Below, one piece after another: positions 48,088-57,491 of a stretch of DNA of 64,000 nt; the first letter of the stretch is position 1; each line of letters starts with the position of its first letter. The DNA comes from an uncultured bacterium (lineage in GTDB: Bacteria > Acidobacteriota > HRBIN11 > JAKEFK01): positions 1,312,001-1,376,000 of the forward strand of contig CAVZQN010000004.1 in assembly GCA_963777505.1 (NCBI GenBank). Reading direction: 5' to 3'. The notes beneath the pieces were generated by a model, which did not search any database, was not told the origin of the DNA, and saw only the letters and a program-made list of their open reading frames with translations. The translations under genes and the position numbers were made by a program.

Positions 48088-49293
48088 ATGATGAAAGTTG
48101 CTCGGCGCTTGTTGATACTCCTGGGTGTTGTTCTTTTCATTGCCAATTGTGATCAAGTTGATTTCACGGCGCCGCAGGGTTCAACTTTAACCATCACAAT
48201 TCAGCCGCCGGCAGTAGCGACATTTGGCAATGCCAACATCACTGTTATTGGAACACGTGGTACCGGTGCTCCGTTGCCGGATGGAACGGTGATTCATTTC
48301 ACTTCAAATCTTGGAACTATTACTCCCAACCCGGCTGAAACAGATAATGGTGTAGCTACCGCTCAATTCCGCTCTGGCAGCCGTTCAGGCACAGCTACCA
48401 TTACAGCCACTTCTGGGGATTCAGAAGAATCGAGTGTAGAAGTTATCATTGGCGAAGCACGCCCGGCGCAGGTCATTCTCATTTCAACGCCATCCGATTT
48501 GCCATTTGGTGGAGGATCGGTGAGGCTCACTGCGCATGTCACTGATGAAGATGGAAATCCACTCGCAGGAATTGCGGTATTTTTTGAATCGACTTCGGGA
48601 GAATTAGCTTCAGGCGGACGTACCGTCCGCACAAATGATGCTGGAATTGCGACCGATACATTGACAACAAGCATTGATGCAGAAGTCACTGCTACAACAG
48701 CAAACGGAATTTCATCAGAGGCTCAAGCAATTGATGTATCGCCTGGCGAAGGTCCGGAATGTAGTTTTGTATTCTCACCGCCTAATCCAGAGCCTGGAGA
48801 AACAGTTACCTTTACAAGCACTTCAACGAATCCGGATAATCCAATTGTCGATTTCTTCTGGGATTTTGGTGATGGCGAAACGGCTGAAGGGCCTATTGTT
48901 ACACATGAATTCGAAGTTGCCGGCACCTATACAGTTGTTCTTACCGTTGTAGATGAGTTCGGATTCAGTTCAATCTGTACTGAGGAAGTCGTTGTTGAGA
49001 TTGATCTGCCAGATTGTTCATTTGAAATTACTCCTGATTTACCCGATGAAGGTGAGACTGTCGCGTTTGATGCGTCACAATCCACAGATGAAACGGGAAT
49101 TGCATCGTTCGAATGGTCCTTTGGTGATGGATCACCCACCGTTGAAGAAACCGATCCATTCACGACCCATGTTTACAGCTTCCCTGATTGCAGTGGTGGC
49201 GCAGATCGAACCGTACAGGTCAGCCTTATCGTGACCGATAACGAGGGTGCGACAAACTTCTGTTCTTTACCTCTGACAATCGCGTGCCAGTAG
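48088..49293 (+). CDS. Lipoprotein with two Big_1-like and two PKD domains
   Basis: Lipobox-like FIANC; P.PDGT.I.F.S.LG, DGNPLAGI.V.F, TNDAG.A; WDFGDG, WSFGDG. Confidence 0.8.
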   Translation: MMKVARRLLILLGVVLFIANCDQVDFTAPQGSTLTITIQPPAVATFGNANITVIGTRGTGAPLPDGTVIHFTSNLGTITPNPAETDNGVATAQFRSGSRSGTATITATSGDSEESSVEVIIGEARPAQVILISTPSDLPFGGGSVRLTAHVTDEDGNPLAGIAVFFESTSGELASGGRTVRTNDAGIATDTLTTSIDAEVTATTANGISSEAQAIDVSPGEGPECSFVFSPPNPEPGETVTFTSTSTNPDNPIVDFFWDFGDGETAEGPIVTHEFEVAGTYTVVLTVVDEFGFSSICTEEVVVEIDLPDCSFEITPDLPDEGETVAFDASQSTDETGIASFEWSFGDGSPTVEETDPFTTHVYSFPDCSGGADRTVQVSLIVTDNEGATNFCSLPLTIACQ

Positions 49294-49321
49294 GGTCGAA
49301 CACAATTTATCCTCGTGAAAT

Positions 49322-49350
49322 TTGCAAAAACAGCGTGATGCAAGTATAAT
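49322..49350 (+). promoter_or_regulatory. sigma70 promoter of the TPR-roadblock-accBC unit
   Basis: TTGCAA-17 nt-TATAAT. Confidence 0.75.
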
Positions 49351-49404
49351 TCCGCTGATTAATGCTGCCTTTTAAAGAGCTGAAAAATCGAGGTTTACGC
49401 GTTC

Positions 49405-50562
49405 ATGTCCACCCCCGCTATCGATAAATTACTCAGAAAATTGGAGAAAGAGCCTACTTCGTTAATTTTCCTCCAATTGGCGGAGGAGTATCGTAAAGAA
49501 AGCTATTATGATGATGCGCTTTTCGTGTGTCAGGAAGGTCTCAAAAGACATCCAAATTATTGGTCTGCAAGGGTTGCACTGGGCCGGATCCACAAAGAAA
49601 TGGGCCATATCGATCTTGCACGGGAAGAACTTGAAAAGGTCATTAAGGCAGTTCCCGACAATTTATTAGCAAATAAATTGCTGGGTGACATTTATATGGA
49701 ATTGAATTTGAATCCGGAAGCTTTAAAACGGTATCAACTTGTACAGATGTTGACGCCCGCAGATGCAGAAGTTATCAATAACATCCAAAAACTTGAGATG
49801 CGTATTACAGGCGTTACTGCGCCGGTTGATCCGCCAACACTGGTGGAAGAACTAAAGATAGATCAAAATATGATGCCTCCTACTACAGTAGAAATGCTGA
49901 TTCCACGCAATCCAGGTTCTGAAATAAAAACAGAAGAGTTTCCTCAACTTACATTTCAGAATGATTTACCGCCATTTACGGATGATCTTCCGGGCTTTCT
50001 TGAAAAAACTTCACCGGGCACAGCATCACCTGCAGTTTTACAAGAATTTTTTGATTCGACAAATATTGAGCCATCTTCTTCCAATGAGCAGGCTCACGCA
50101 GTTGCGTTTGAGGAATCCCGATCCTATTCAGAGGTGGCCGTAGAATCGAGCGCTGATGGCTTTGACTTTCCTGAACTTGAACCTGTTCCTCAAAAAGTTG
50201 ATCAAACTCAACCGATGGAAGATGGTGAAGCAGATGAGTTAACGACTCAGACGCTTGCAGATTTATACGTTCAGCAGGGATTAATCGACAAAGCGACAAA
50301 GGTCTACCAAAAGCTGTTGCTAAACGATCCTGGAAACAACGAGATTATTCAACGCTTAAAAGATCTCAATCCAGCTGATGCACTTCTTTCGGCAGCGGCT
50401 GCGCAAGAACAAAAATTACGAGTAGCCTCTTCGAAGCCGAAAACAATGGACCGTTCAGCCGGCAATTCATCACGCATGCCGGATCGACTCAGTGAAGAGC
50501 GCAGACGGAAAATCAGCACTCTTGAAAATTGGCTTGCTGCGATTCGCAGAGAACGTTTATAA
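49405..50562 (+). CDS. TPR protein with acidic linker
   Basis: F.QLAEEYRK, GLKRHPNY.SARV.LG TPRs; T.TLADLY.QQG..DKA..VY..LL; C-terminal LENWL..I. Confidence 0.8.
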   Translation: MSTPAIDKLLRKLEKEPTSLIFLQLAEEYRKESYYDDALFVCQEGLKRHPNYWSARVALGRIHKEMGHIDLAREELEKVIKAVPDNLLANKLLGDIYMELNLNPEALKRYQLVQMLTPADAEVINNIQKLEMRITGVTAPVDPPTLVEELKIDQNMMPPTTVEMLIPRNPGSEIKTEEFPQLTFQNDLPPFTDDLPGFLEKTSPGTASPAVLQEFFDSTNIEPSSSNEQAHAVAFEESRSYSEVAVESSADGFDFPELEPVPQKVDQTQPMEDGEADELTTQTLADLYVQQGLIDKATKVYQKLLLNDPGNNEIIQRLKDLNPADALLSAAAAQEQKLRVASSKPKTMDRSAGNSSRMPDRLSEERRRKISTLENWLAAIRRERL

Positions 50563-50578
50563 GGCATAGGGCAGGGAT

Positions 50579-50935
50579 ATGTTTGCAGTCACCTTAAAAG
50601 AAATCGCAAATCGCATGGATGATGTTGAATGTATTTTATTGATGGGAACAGATGGCCTGGCCATTGAAAAAGTAGTAAAAAGCGAATCAGTAAATACTGA
50701 GTTATTGATTGCAGAATTCACAACCATCCTTCGGAATACCGCACAGACAGCCGCAGAAGTGAATGCCGGTGATTTAGAAGAGTTCATCCTGTTAACCGAT
50801 CGTCTGATTGTTATGCTAAAAGCAATCACTCAGGAATATTTCTTAGTACTAATATTATCTGGTGGCGGGAACATCGGCAGAGCGCGGTTTGAACTGAAAA
50901 AAGCCAAATATATTCTTGAAAAGGAATTTGTATAA
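50579..50935 (+). CDS. Roadblock/LC7 domain protein, MglC-like
   Basis: MF...LKEI......LMG.DGL.IE; YFLVL.L..GGN.GRARF.LKK; pilQ-TPR-roadblock-accBC synteny. Confidence 0.75.
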   Translation: MFAVTLKEIANRMDDVECILLMGTDGLAIEKVVKSESVNTELLIAEFTTILRNTAQTAAEVNAGDLEEFILLTDRLIVMLKAITQEYFLVLILSGGGNIGRARFELKKAKYILEKEFV

Positions 50936-51432
50936 TGTCAGACCGTCAAATGGATATAAATCTCGAGGAATTAAGAGAACTCATCAGATTGCTTCGCGAA
51001 AGCAATGTCAGCGAATTTGAGTTACAGAAAGCAGATTATCGTGTTCGAATTAAACATGGCGTTATTGTTGAAACGACGCAAGATGTAATCACTCAACAGG
51101 TAGGGGTTGCGAAACCTTCGAACGGACAGGATGCAACTTCCACACAAACGGAACAAACGCCTCCGGAGACCGCTGCAGCGCCCGAAGAAGCAACTCAAGA
51201 AGTGCGCTCGCCTATGGTTGGCACGTTTTATAGATCATCAAGTCCTGGTGCTTCCGCTTTTGTTGAAGTCGGAGATGTAATTCATAAAGGTCAGGTAATT
51301 TGCATTATTGAAGCCATGAAAATTATGAATGAAATTGAATCAGATATTGAAGGCGAAGTTCTCAAAGTCCACATCTCAAACGGCCAGCCTGTTGAATTCA
51401 GCGAAATTCTTTTCACAGTTAAGTCAGCTTAA
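50935..51432 (+). CDS. accB: Acetyl-CoA carboxylase biotin carboxyl carrier protein
   Basis: SPMVGTFY, IIEAMKIMNEIE biotinylation motif. Confidence 0.96.
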   Translation: MSDRQMDINLEELRELIRLLRESNVSEFELQKADYRVRIKHGVIVETTQDVITQQVGVAKPSNGQDATSTQTEQTPPETAAAPEEATQEVRSPMVGTFYRSSSPGASAFVEVGDVIHKGQVICIIEAMKIMNEIESDIEGEVLKVHISNGQPVEFSEILFTVKSA

Positions 51433-51505
51433 GTAGGGGCGGGTCTGAGACCCGCCCGAACCAAGAGATGTGATAATAACGGGCGGGTCTCAGACCCGCC
51501 CCTAC
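51433..51505. repeat. GTAG-type REP doublet (REPIN-like)
   Basis: GTAGGGGCGGGTCTGAGACCCGCCC...GGGCGGGTCTCAGACCCGCCCCTAC. Confidence 0.9.
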
Positions 51506-51519
51506 GTAATGATAAACAT

Positions 51520-52905
51520 ATGTTTAACAAAGTTTTAGTTGCGAATCGCGGTGAAATAGCACTTCGCATTATCATTGCATGCAAAGAATTAGGGATCCGC
51601 ACAGTCGCGGTGTTTTCGGAAGCTGACAGACATTCGTTACCCGTGCGTTTTGCAGATGAGGAAGTTTGTATCGGTCCCTCAGAAAGTGTGAACAGTTATT
51701 TGAACATTCCTAATATCATTTCCGCTGCGGAAATTACCGGTGCTGATGCAATCCATCCTGGTTATGGTTTTTTATCGGAGAATGCGAATTTCGCAGAGAT
51801 TTGTGAAACGTGTCACATAAAATTCATTGGACCAGCGCCCCATGCAATTCGCATGATGGGTGATAAAGCAATGGCACGCAAAATTGCTCAGGAGGCTGAT
51901 GTCCCGATCATTCCTGGTTCGGAAGGAATTGTGGACACTGAAGACGATGCCCTGAAAGTGGCTGAGCAACTCGGTTTTCCAGTCATTTTAAAAGCAACAG
52001 CGGGTGGCGGCGGTAAAGGGATGCGAGTTGTTCACAATCCTGCTGAGCTTGCAACCGCTTTTCGCATGGCGCAACGTGAAGCAGCAAACGCGTTTGGTGT
52101 CCCGGAGATCTATTTAGAAAAATATTTGGAACGTCCGCGTCATATTGAGTTTCAGATTCTGGCAGATGAACACGGCAACATTATTCATCTTGGTGAACGG
52201 GAATGTTCGATTCAGCGCCGTCATCAAAAAATTATGGAAGAAGCTCCATCACTTAGATTGGATCCCAATCTTCGGTTAAAGATGGGTGAAGCAGCCATAA
52301 AAGTTGCACGCGCGGTAAATTACCAGAACGCAGGGACTGTCGAATTCCTGTTGGATCGTCACGGCAAATTTTATTTCCTCGAAATGAATACTCGAATTCA
52401 AGTCGAGCATCCTGTTACTGAAATGATCACCGGTCTGGATCTTGTTTATTTACAGATTCGAATTGCAGCAGGCCGTGAGCTTGCCATCCGGCAGGAACAG
52501 GTAGAGTGGCGCGGTCATAGCATTGAGTGCCGAATCAATGCTGAGGATCCATTAAGTTTTATGCCATCTCCCGGACGTGTTACTGCGTTTCATCCTCCTA
52601 GCGGCCCAGGAGTTCGTGTTGATACAGCAGCTTATGCAGAAGGTGTGATCCCTCCTCATTACGATTCCATGATTGCAAAGGTCATTGTGCATGGACCGAA
52701 TCGTAAAGCTGCGATTTCCCGGATGAGACGTGCATTAGAAATGATGATCGTTGAAGGAATTAAGACGAACATTCCGTTGCATCACAGGATTTTGCACGAT
52801 GAAGATTTTGTTCGCGGCAATATCGATACAAATTTCATGCTTCGATATGATCTGAGACAGCGTTCCCGTTCTGCAGTCTTTTCTGAACCCGCCATCCGCA
52901 CCTAA
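51520..52905 (+). CDS. accC: Acetyl-CoA carboxylase biotin carboxylase subunit
   Basis: [53 protein letters not shown]. Confidence 0.97.
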   Translation: MFNKVLVANRGEIALRIIIACKELGIRTVAVFSEADRHSLPVRFADEEVCIGPSESVNSYLNIPNIISAAEITGADAIHPGYGFLSENANFAEICETCHIKFIGPAPHAIRMMGDKAMARKIAQEADVPIIPGSEGIVDTEDDALKVAEQLGFPVILKATAGGGGKGMRVVHNPAELATAFRMAQREAANAFGVPEIYLEKYLERPRHIEFQILADEHGNIIHLGERECSIQRRHQKIMEEAPSLRLDPNLRLKMGEAAIKVARAVNYQNAGTVEFLLDRHGKFYFLEMNTRIQVEHPVTEMITGLDLVYLQIRIAAGRELAIRQEQVEWRGHSIECRINAEDPLSFMPSPGRVTAFHPPSGPGVRVDTAAYAEGVIPPHYDSMIAKVIVHGPNRKAAISRMRRALEMMIVEGIKTNIPLHHRILHDEDFVRGNIDTNFMLRYDLRQRSRSAVFSEPAIRT

Positions 52906-52926
52906 CTCTGCGTCTTTGCGGTAAAA

Positions 52927-53545
52927 ATGAATTTTGAAACACCATTTCTCTATCCTGTTCTCGATGACACTCGAAGCGTTAACCTAAAGCAGGATGCTCT
53001 GGAAATCATTCGTGCAGGCGCTAAAATTTTTCAGATCCGTGCAAAAAGGTTAACCAATCGCGAAATGTTTGACGTTGTGCAAAGCATTCTCCCGCATTGC
53101 ATCGAGCCTGGCGTTTCCCTCATTGTAAATGACCGTGTAGATGTTTGTCTTGCAAGTCGTGCATCAGGTGTTCATTTAGGACAGGATGATTTTCCCGTTC
53201 CGGAAACAAGGAAACTGTTGCCAGATGCAATCATCGGACTCTCAACACACAATCTGAATCAGGTCACGTGCAGCAAACGATTTACCGGTGGATTACATTT
53301 CAATAGGACCTGTTTTTCCAACTACCTCGAAAATGAATCCCGATCCTGCTGTTGGAATTTCATTCTTGCAGCAAGCCCGATCGATGACTACCAAACCAAT
53401 CGTTTGTATTGGGGGAATTCAAGCAGCGACTATTCCTGATCTTATAAATGAAGGCGCAAATGGTATCGCGGTGATTGGAGAAATCTACAATGGCAATGAT
53501 ATTTTCAACTCAACCAAACGATTGCTACAATTGATAAAAAAGTAG
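52927..53545 (+). CDS. thiE: Thiamine phosphate synthase ThiE, split by a frameshift near 53268
   Basis: [27 protein letters not shown] in one frame; [22 protein letters not shown] in the +1 frame. Confidence 0.85.
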
Positions 53546-53614
53546 GGGCGGGTCTAAGACCCGCCCGCGGTGCCCATATTTAATTAAACGGGCGGGTCTA
53601 AGACCCGCCCCTAC
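53542..53614. repeat. GTAG-type REP doublet; supplies the thiE TAG stop
   Basis: GTAGGGGCGGGTCTAAGACCCGCCC...GGGCGGGTCTAAGACCCGCCCCTAC. Confidence 0.9.
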
Positions 53615-53620
53615 AGGCTT

Positions 53621-54157
53621 ATGAAGAAATTTGATGTTCCGCCTCCAGTGAAACTAGTTTGCGGAATTCTTTACCATGACGAAAAATGGATTGAACCAGC
53701 TCTTTCGGATCTTCAGCTGAATTTTGGAGCCCTGGACTTTCGTTCAGAACCGATGCCATTTCAGTTCACAGACTATTATTTTGATGAAATGGGACAGCCT
53801 CTTTTTCGCCGCATGATAAGCTTCGAAAAATTAATCGATCCTTCTTCGCTCGCTGAAGTTAAAGTCGAAACAAATACTCTCGAAGAGAAATACGCATCTC
53901 AGGGTAGTTCGCGAGTCTTAAACCTTGATCCGGGTTATCTCACCGCAGCAGCGTATATTCTTGCAACTTCGAAGAATTATGCTCACAGAATCTACTTAGG
54001 ACAGGGTGTTTTTGCGCAACAAGAATTGTTGTTCGAACGCAAGCGGATATTAACACTCGAATGGACTTATCCGGATTACAGGTCCTTCGAATATCAGGAA
54101 ATCCTCCGCAAGATTCGGAGGAGGTATTTGGAGCAATTAAGAGAACTCACCAGGTAA
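53621..54157 (+). CDS. DUF4416 family protein
   Basis: F..TDYY..EMG..L.R, K.ETN.LE, R..NLDPGY, LATSKNY.HRIYL..G, WTYPDY. Confidence 0.85.
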   Translation: MKKFDVPPPVKLVCGILYHDEKWIEPALSDLQLNFGALDFRSEPMPFQFTDYYFDEMGQPLFRRMISFEKLIDPSSLAEVKVETNTLEEKYASQGSSRVLNLDPGYLTAAAYILATSKNYAHRIYLGQGVFAQQELLFERKRILTLEWTYPDYRSFEYQEILRKIRRRYLEQLRELTR

Positions 54158-54192
54158 TTTAAGTTTCGTCATCCCGTGGCCACCAAACTCTG

Positions 54193-54435
54193 TTAACCCT
54201 GTAGACGTGTGGACAGCGTAACTGGTGTCATAGATGATAGGATGACATGACCGCTATCGGTGATTATGACAGCACGGGTTTGTTTTCCTTCAGTTGCATC
54301 AATTAAACGTCCTCGTGTACGAGCTTCATTCTTGAGTCTTCGAATGGGAGCAGAATTCGGATAAATCACACAGACGATTCGAGATGCTAAAATGGCATTG
54401 CCCCCTCCAAGATGCAATAATTCTTTGACGCCCAT
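54193..54435 (-). CDS. Second RemA/DUF370 family paralog
   Basis: SAPIRRLK.EA...G.LIDAT.G..TRAVIITDSGHVILS, clearly similar to 27155-27445. Confidence 0.85.
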   Translation of the reverse strand: MGVKELLHLGGGNAILASRIVCVIYPNSAPIRRLKNEARTRGRLIDATEGKQTRAVIITDSGHVILSSMTPVTLSTRLQG

Positions 54436-54752
54436 ACAATAAAATTGCGCCCATTCATTTTTTTGACAAGTCTCTGAGAGAGAGAATGGAACTTTTACCA
54501 GAATAATGTGTCGATATCATTCATCAAGAGGTAGAAGTACGTGTTGTTTTTAGCAAGAGTAGATATTGACAATTCACCTAGCTCGAGTATAAATATGATA
54601 CGGCGTTCTAAAAGCCCTTGCCGTACTAACAGTGGGCCAGAATCTCGAATAGTAGGAGCTACACTTGCCGTTCCTGTCGACCGGTATCAGCCTGTATCCA
54701 CCAATTGGCAGACCGGCGGCACAACGTTGCCTTCCAAAGTAAGGAGTAATCT

Positions 54753-55592
54753 ATGAAGCGTACGTTCTTCGTACCAGTCCTGATTGTCGTTTTTTTCTCA
54801 CTGACACTTGTTTCCTGTGGACAATTTAAGGCAAAGATGGAGGTCAAGAAAGGGAACGAACTCTATGGTGCCAAAAAGTACGAGGAAGCGATCAAACATT
54901 ACAAGCAGGCACTAAAATACGACAAAGATATGGATACAGTTAATCTAAATATGGCCCTCAGCTATATGGCTTTATATGTGCCAGGCTCTACCCACCCCAA
55001 AGATGTTGAATACGCCAACCAGGCAATCGCGCAATTCAAAGAGTATCTTAAGAACAAACCCGATGATCCAAAAGTAAATGAATATTTGATCACAATGTTT
55101 TTGAACGCAGAGCGCACCGATGACGCAATTGCATATTTTGAAAATCACTTAAAAAAGAATCCAACTGATGTAAGCACGATGCAAAAGCTAGCATTTATCT
55201 ATGCGAAATCGGGGAAATTTGACGAGGCATTGAGATGGTATCAACGTCGAACAGAAGTTGAGCCAAATAATGCTGAGGCATTTTACGTAATCGGCGTGAT
55301 TTGTTGGGAAAAGTCGTATAAGTTTGCTGATGTCACTCCGGAGGAACGGGAGCGCTTAATCAAACTCGGGATGGATTCTCTGGATCGAGCTATGCAGTTG
55401 AATCCTAAATATTCGGAAGCGTACCTATATATGAATCTGTTATATCGTGAAAAAGCAAAAATGATTTCACCAGATCCAAATCTATTTCCTGTACCGGACG
55501 AAAAGATTGATGAATATAACGGTTATTTGCAGAAGGCGAAAGAACTTCAGGACAAAGCCGTTGAAATTCGCAAGCAGCAAACTCCGTCTTAG
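54753..55592 (+). CDS. TPR-repeat lipoprotein
   Basis: Lipobox LVSC; multiple TPRs; AAGGAG SD. Confidence 0.8.
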   Translation: MKRTFFVPVLIVVFFSLTLVSCGQFKAKMEVKKGNELYGAKKYEEAIKHYKQALKYDKDMDTVNLNMALSYMALYVPGSTHPKDVEYANQAIAQFKEYLKNKPDDPKVNEYLITMFLNAERTDDAIAYFENHLKKNPTDVSTMQKLAFIYAKSGKFDEALRWYQRRTEVEPNNAEAFYVIGVICWEKSYKFADVTPEERERLIKLGMDSLDRAMQLNPKYSEAYLYMNLLYREKAKMISPDPNLFPVPDEKIDEYNGYLQKAKELQDKAVEIRKQQTPS

Positions 55593-55605
55593 GAGGATAT
55601 GAAAT

Positions 55606-56352
55606 ATGTGGGATGACACACTTATAGAATCGAGAGGTTCAAAAGAAGGTAAAGGGAAGAAATATACACTCGCGGGTGCGATGGCACTGCATGTACTCGT
55701 AATAGCGGTTATGATTGGTGCTTCGTACTGGTTTGTTGAAGCGGTTCAACCGCCTCCAATTCCAGTCACATTGTTATCAGCGCCGCCACCCCCGCCACCC
55801 CCTCCTCCTGCGGCCCCAAAGAAAAAGGCTCCTGAAACGCCAAAAGAAGAAGTAAAACCAATTGAACCACAAGAAGAATTTCAGCCGACAGAAGTACCAG
55901 AAGAACTCCCGACTCCTGAAGATATACAAGAAGATACAGGTGTTGACGGTGGAGTTGAAGGTGGTGTTGAAGGCGGTGTCGAAGGTGGTGTTCCCGGTGG
56001 AGTCCTTGGAGGAGTTCCGGGCGGAGTCATCGGTGGAGTACCCGGAGGTTTAGGTGATGAAACTCCAATGCGGATTACCGCTGAGGTAAAACAACCTGAA
56101 CTTGTAAAGAAAGTAGAACCCCAGTATCCAGAAATTGCGCGTAAAGCAAGAATCCAGGGTGTCGTCATTCTGGAAGCTGTTATTACAAAAGAAGGAACAG
56201 TTGAAGGTGTAAAAGTCTTAAGAGCTTTACATCCGATTCTTGATCAAGCAGCTGTGAATGCTGTACGCCAATGGAAATATAAGCCCGCTTTATTAAATGG
56301 CCGTCCAGTAAAAGTATACTTTACGGTCACTGTAAAATTTACGTTACGCTAA
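55606..56352 (+). CDS. tonB: Energy transducer TonB
   Basis: TM helix with His, poly-Pro, GGVxGG repeats, YPEIARKARIQGVVILEAVI..LDQAA..AVRQWKYKP TonB_C domain. Confidence 0.92.
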   Translation: MWDDTLIESRGSKEGKGKKYTLAGAMALHVLVIAVMIGASYWFVEAVQPPPIPVTLLSAPPPPPPPPPAAPKKKAPETPKEEVKPIEPQEEFQPTEVPEELPTPEDIQEDTGVDGGVEGGVEGGVEGGVPGGVLGGVPGGVIGGVPGGLGDETPMRITAEVKQPELVKKVEPQYPEIARKARIQGVVILEAVITKEGTVEGVKVLRALHPILDQAAVNAVRQWKYKPALLNGRPVKVYFTVTVKFTLR

Positions 56353-56375
56353 CAGTTGATTAGGAGGAAATTGTC

Positions 56376-57071
56376 ATGGATTTTGGAGTACTAGGCCTGT
56401 GGAATGCAATGGGTTACATGGGTAAAGCAGTAGTTATACTTCTTGCCCTGATGTCCATTTACTCGCTTGGCTTGATGATAGAGCGTTATCTTACGTATAA
56501 CGCCGCCAAGAAACAATCCTTGAAGTTTGCGACACAAGCAACTCAATTATTGAAACAAAATAAGCTGAAAGAAGTCATTCAGCTTTCTAAAACCTATAAG
56601 AAAAGCCATCTCGCTAAAGTGGTATCGGCTGGTTTATATGAATTTACATATGAACAAGAAAATCCCGGTGCGCAAGCGGGATTTGATGTCATTGAAGCCG
56701 CTAAAAGGGCAATTGAACGTGCAACGGCTATGACAGGTGCGGAATTAAAACGCGGAATTGGAGCTCTTGCTACAATTGGTTCAACTGCTCCTTTCGTTGG
56801 ATTATTCGGAACGGTTTTCGGGATCATCCACGCGTTTGAAACAATGGCAGTTGCCGGCGGCGGTGGATTGGGTACAGTTTCAGCTGGTATCGCGGAAGCT
56901 CTTTACACGACTGCGTTCGGTCTTCTAGTGGCTATCCCCGCAGTTTGGGCTTTTAACTATTTCACGAACAGAATCGAACGATTTAACATCGAGATGTCGA
57001 ATTCCGCGAATGAATTGATTGATTTCTTCATCAAACAACGCGGAGGTACACATGCAAACAGGGTCAGCTGA
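56376..57071 (+). CDS. exbB: MotA/TolQ/ExbB proton channel protein
   Basis: LATIGSTAPFVGLFGTVFGI, GIAEAL.TTA.GL.VAIPAV..FNYF. Confidence 0.9.
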   Translation: MDFGVLGLWNAMGYMGKAVVILLALMSIYSLGLMIERYLTYNAAKKQSLKFATQATQLLKQNKLKEVIQLSKTYKKSHLAKVVSAGLYEFTYEQENPGAQAGFDVIEAAKRAIERATAMTGAELKRGIGALATIGSTAPFVGLFGTVFGIIHAFETMAVAGGGGLGTVSAGIAEALYTTAFGLLVAIPAVWAFNYFTNRIERFNIEMSNSANELIDFFIKQRGGTHANRVS

Positions 57072-57477
57072 AGCTGGTGATGTCCGATCGGACATAAACG
57101 TAACACCTCTTGTCGATGTCGTTCTCGTTTTGTTAATCATCTTTATGGTGGTTACGCCGATGCTCCAAAAAGGAGTACCTGTTGAATTGCCGGTAACAAA
57201 GAATCCGGACAAAAAGCCGGATAGTGAGAATCAATCTATTGTTTCGGTAAAGTCAGACGCAACCATCTATATTGAACAAAACTGGGTACCAAAAACAGAA
57301 CTTGTTACGCAATTGAAAGAAATGCATGATCGAAATCCAAGCAAAGAGATTTTGATTAAAGGCGATTCAAGATTGATGTACAAAGACATTAAAAAGGTGA
57401 TGGATATGATTAACGAGGCAGGGTTTGAAAACGTTGGTCTCATCACTGATAAAGTCGAAGACGGTACCGGCGGTTAA
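57052..57477 (+). CDS. exbD: ExbD/TolR family protein
   Basis: DINVTPLVDVVLVLLIIFMV; GGAGG SD before ATG 57052. Confidence 0.9.
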   Translation: MQTGSAEAGDVRSDINVTPLVDVVLVLLIIFMVVTPMLQKGVPVELPVTKNPDKKPDSENQSIVSVKSDATIYIEQNWVPKTELVTQLKEMHDRNPSKEILIKGDSRLMYKDIKKVMDMINEAGFENVGLITDKVEDGTGG

Positions 57478-57491
57478 GTCGAGGTGTAATT

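Noticed and set aside
54600-54750. Cobalamin or other riboswitch in the tonB operon leader
   Set aside because: The leader is fairly GC-rich with a repeated CTTGCCGT, but I could not find a B12 box or another known aptamer consensus
55945-56050. 12-bp tandem repeat in tonB
   Set aside because: It encodes the GGVxGG linker common in TonB proteins of this lineage and is not an independent element
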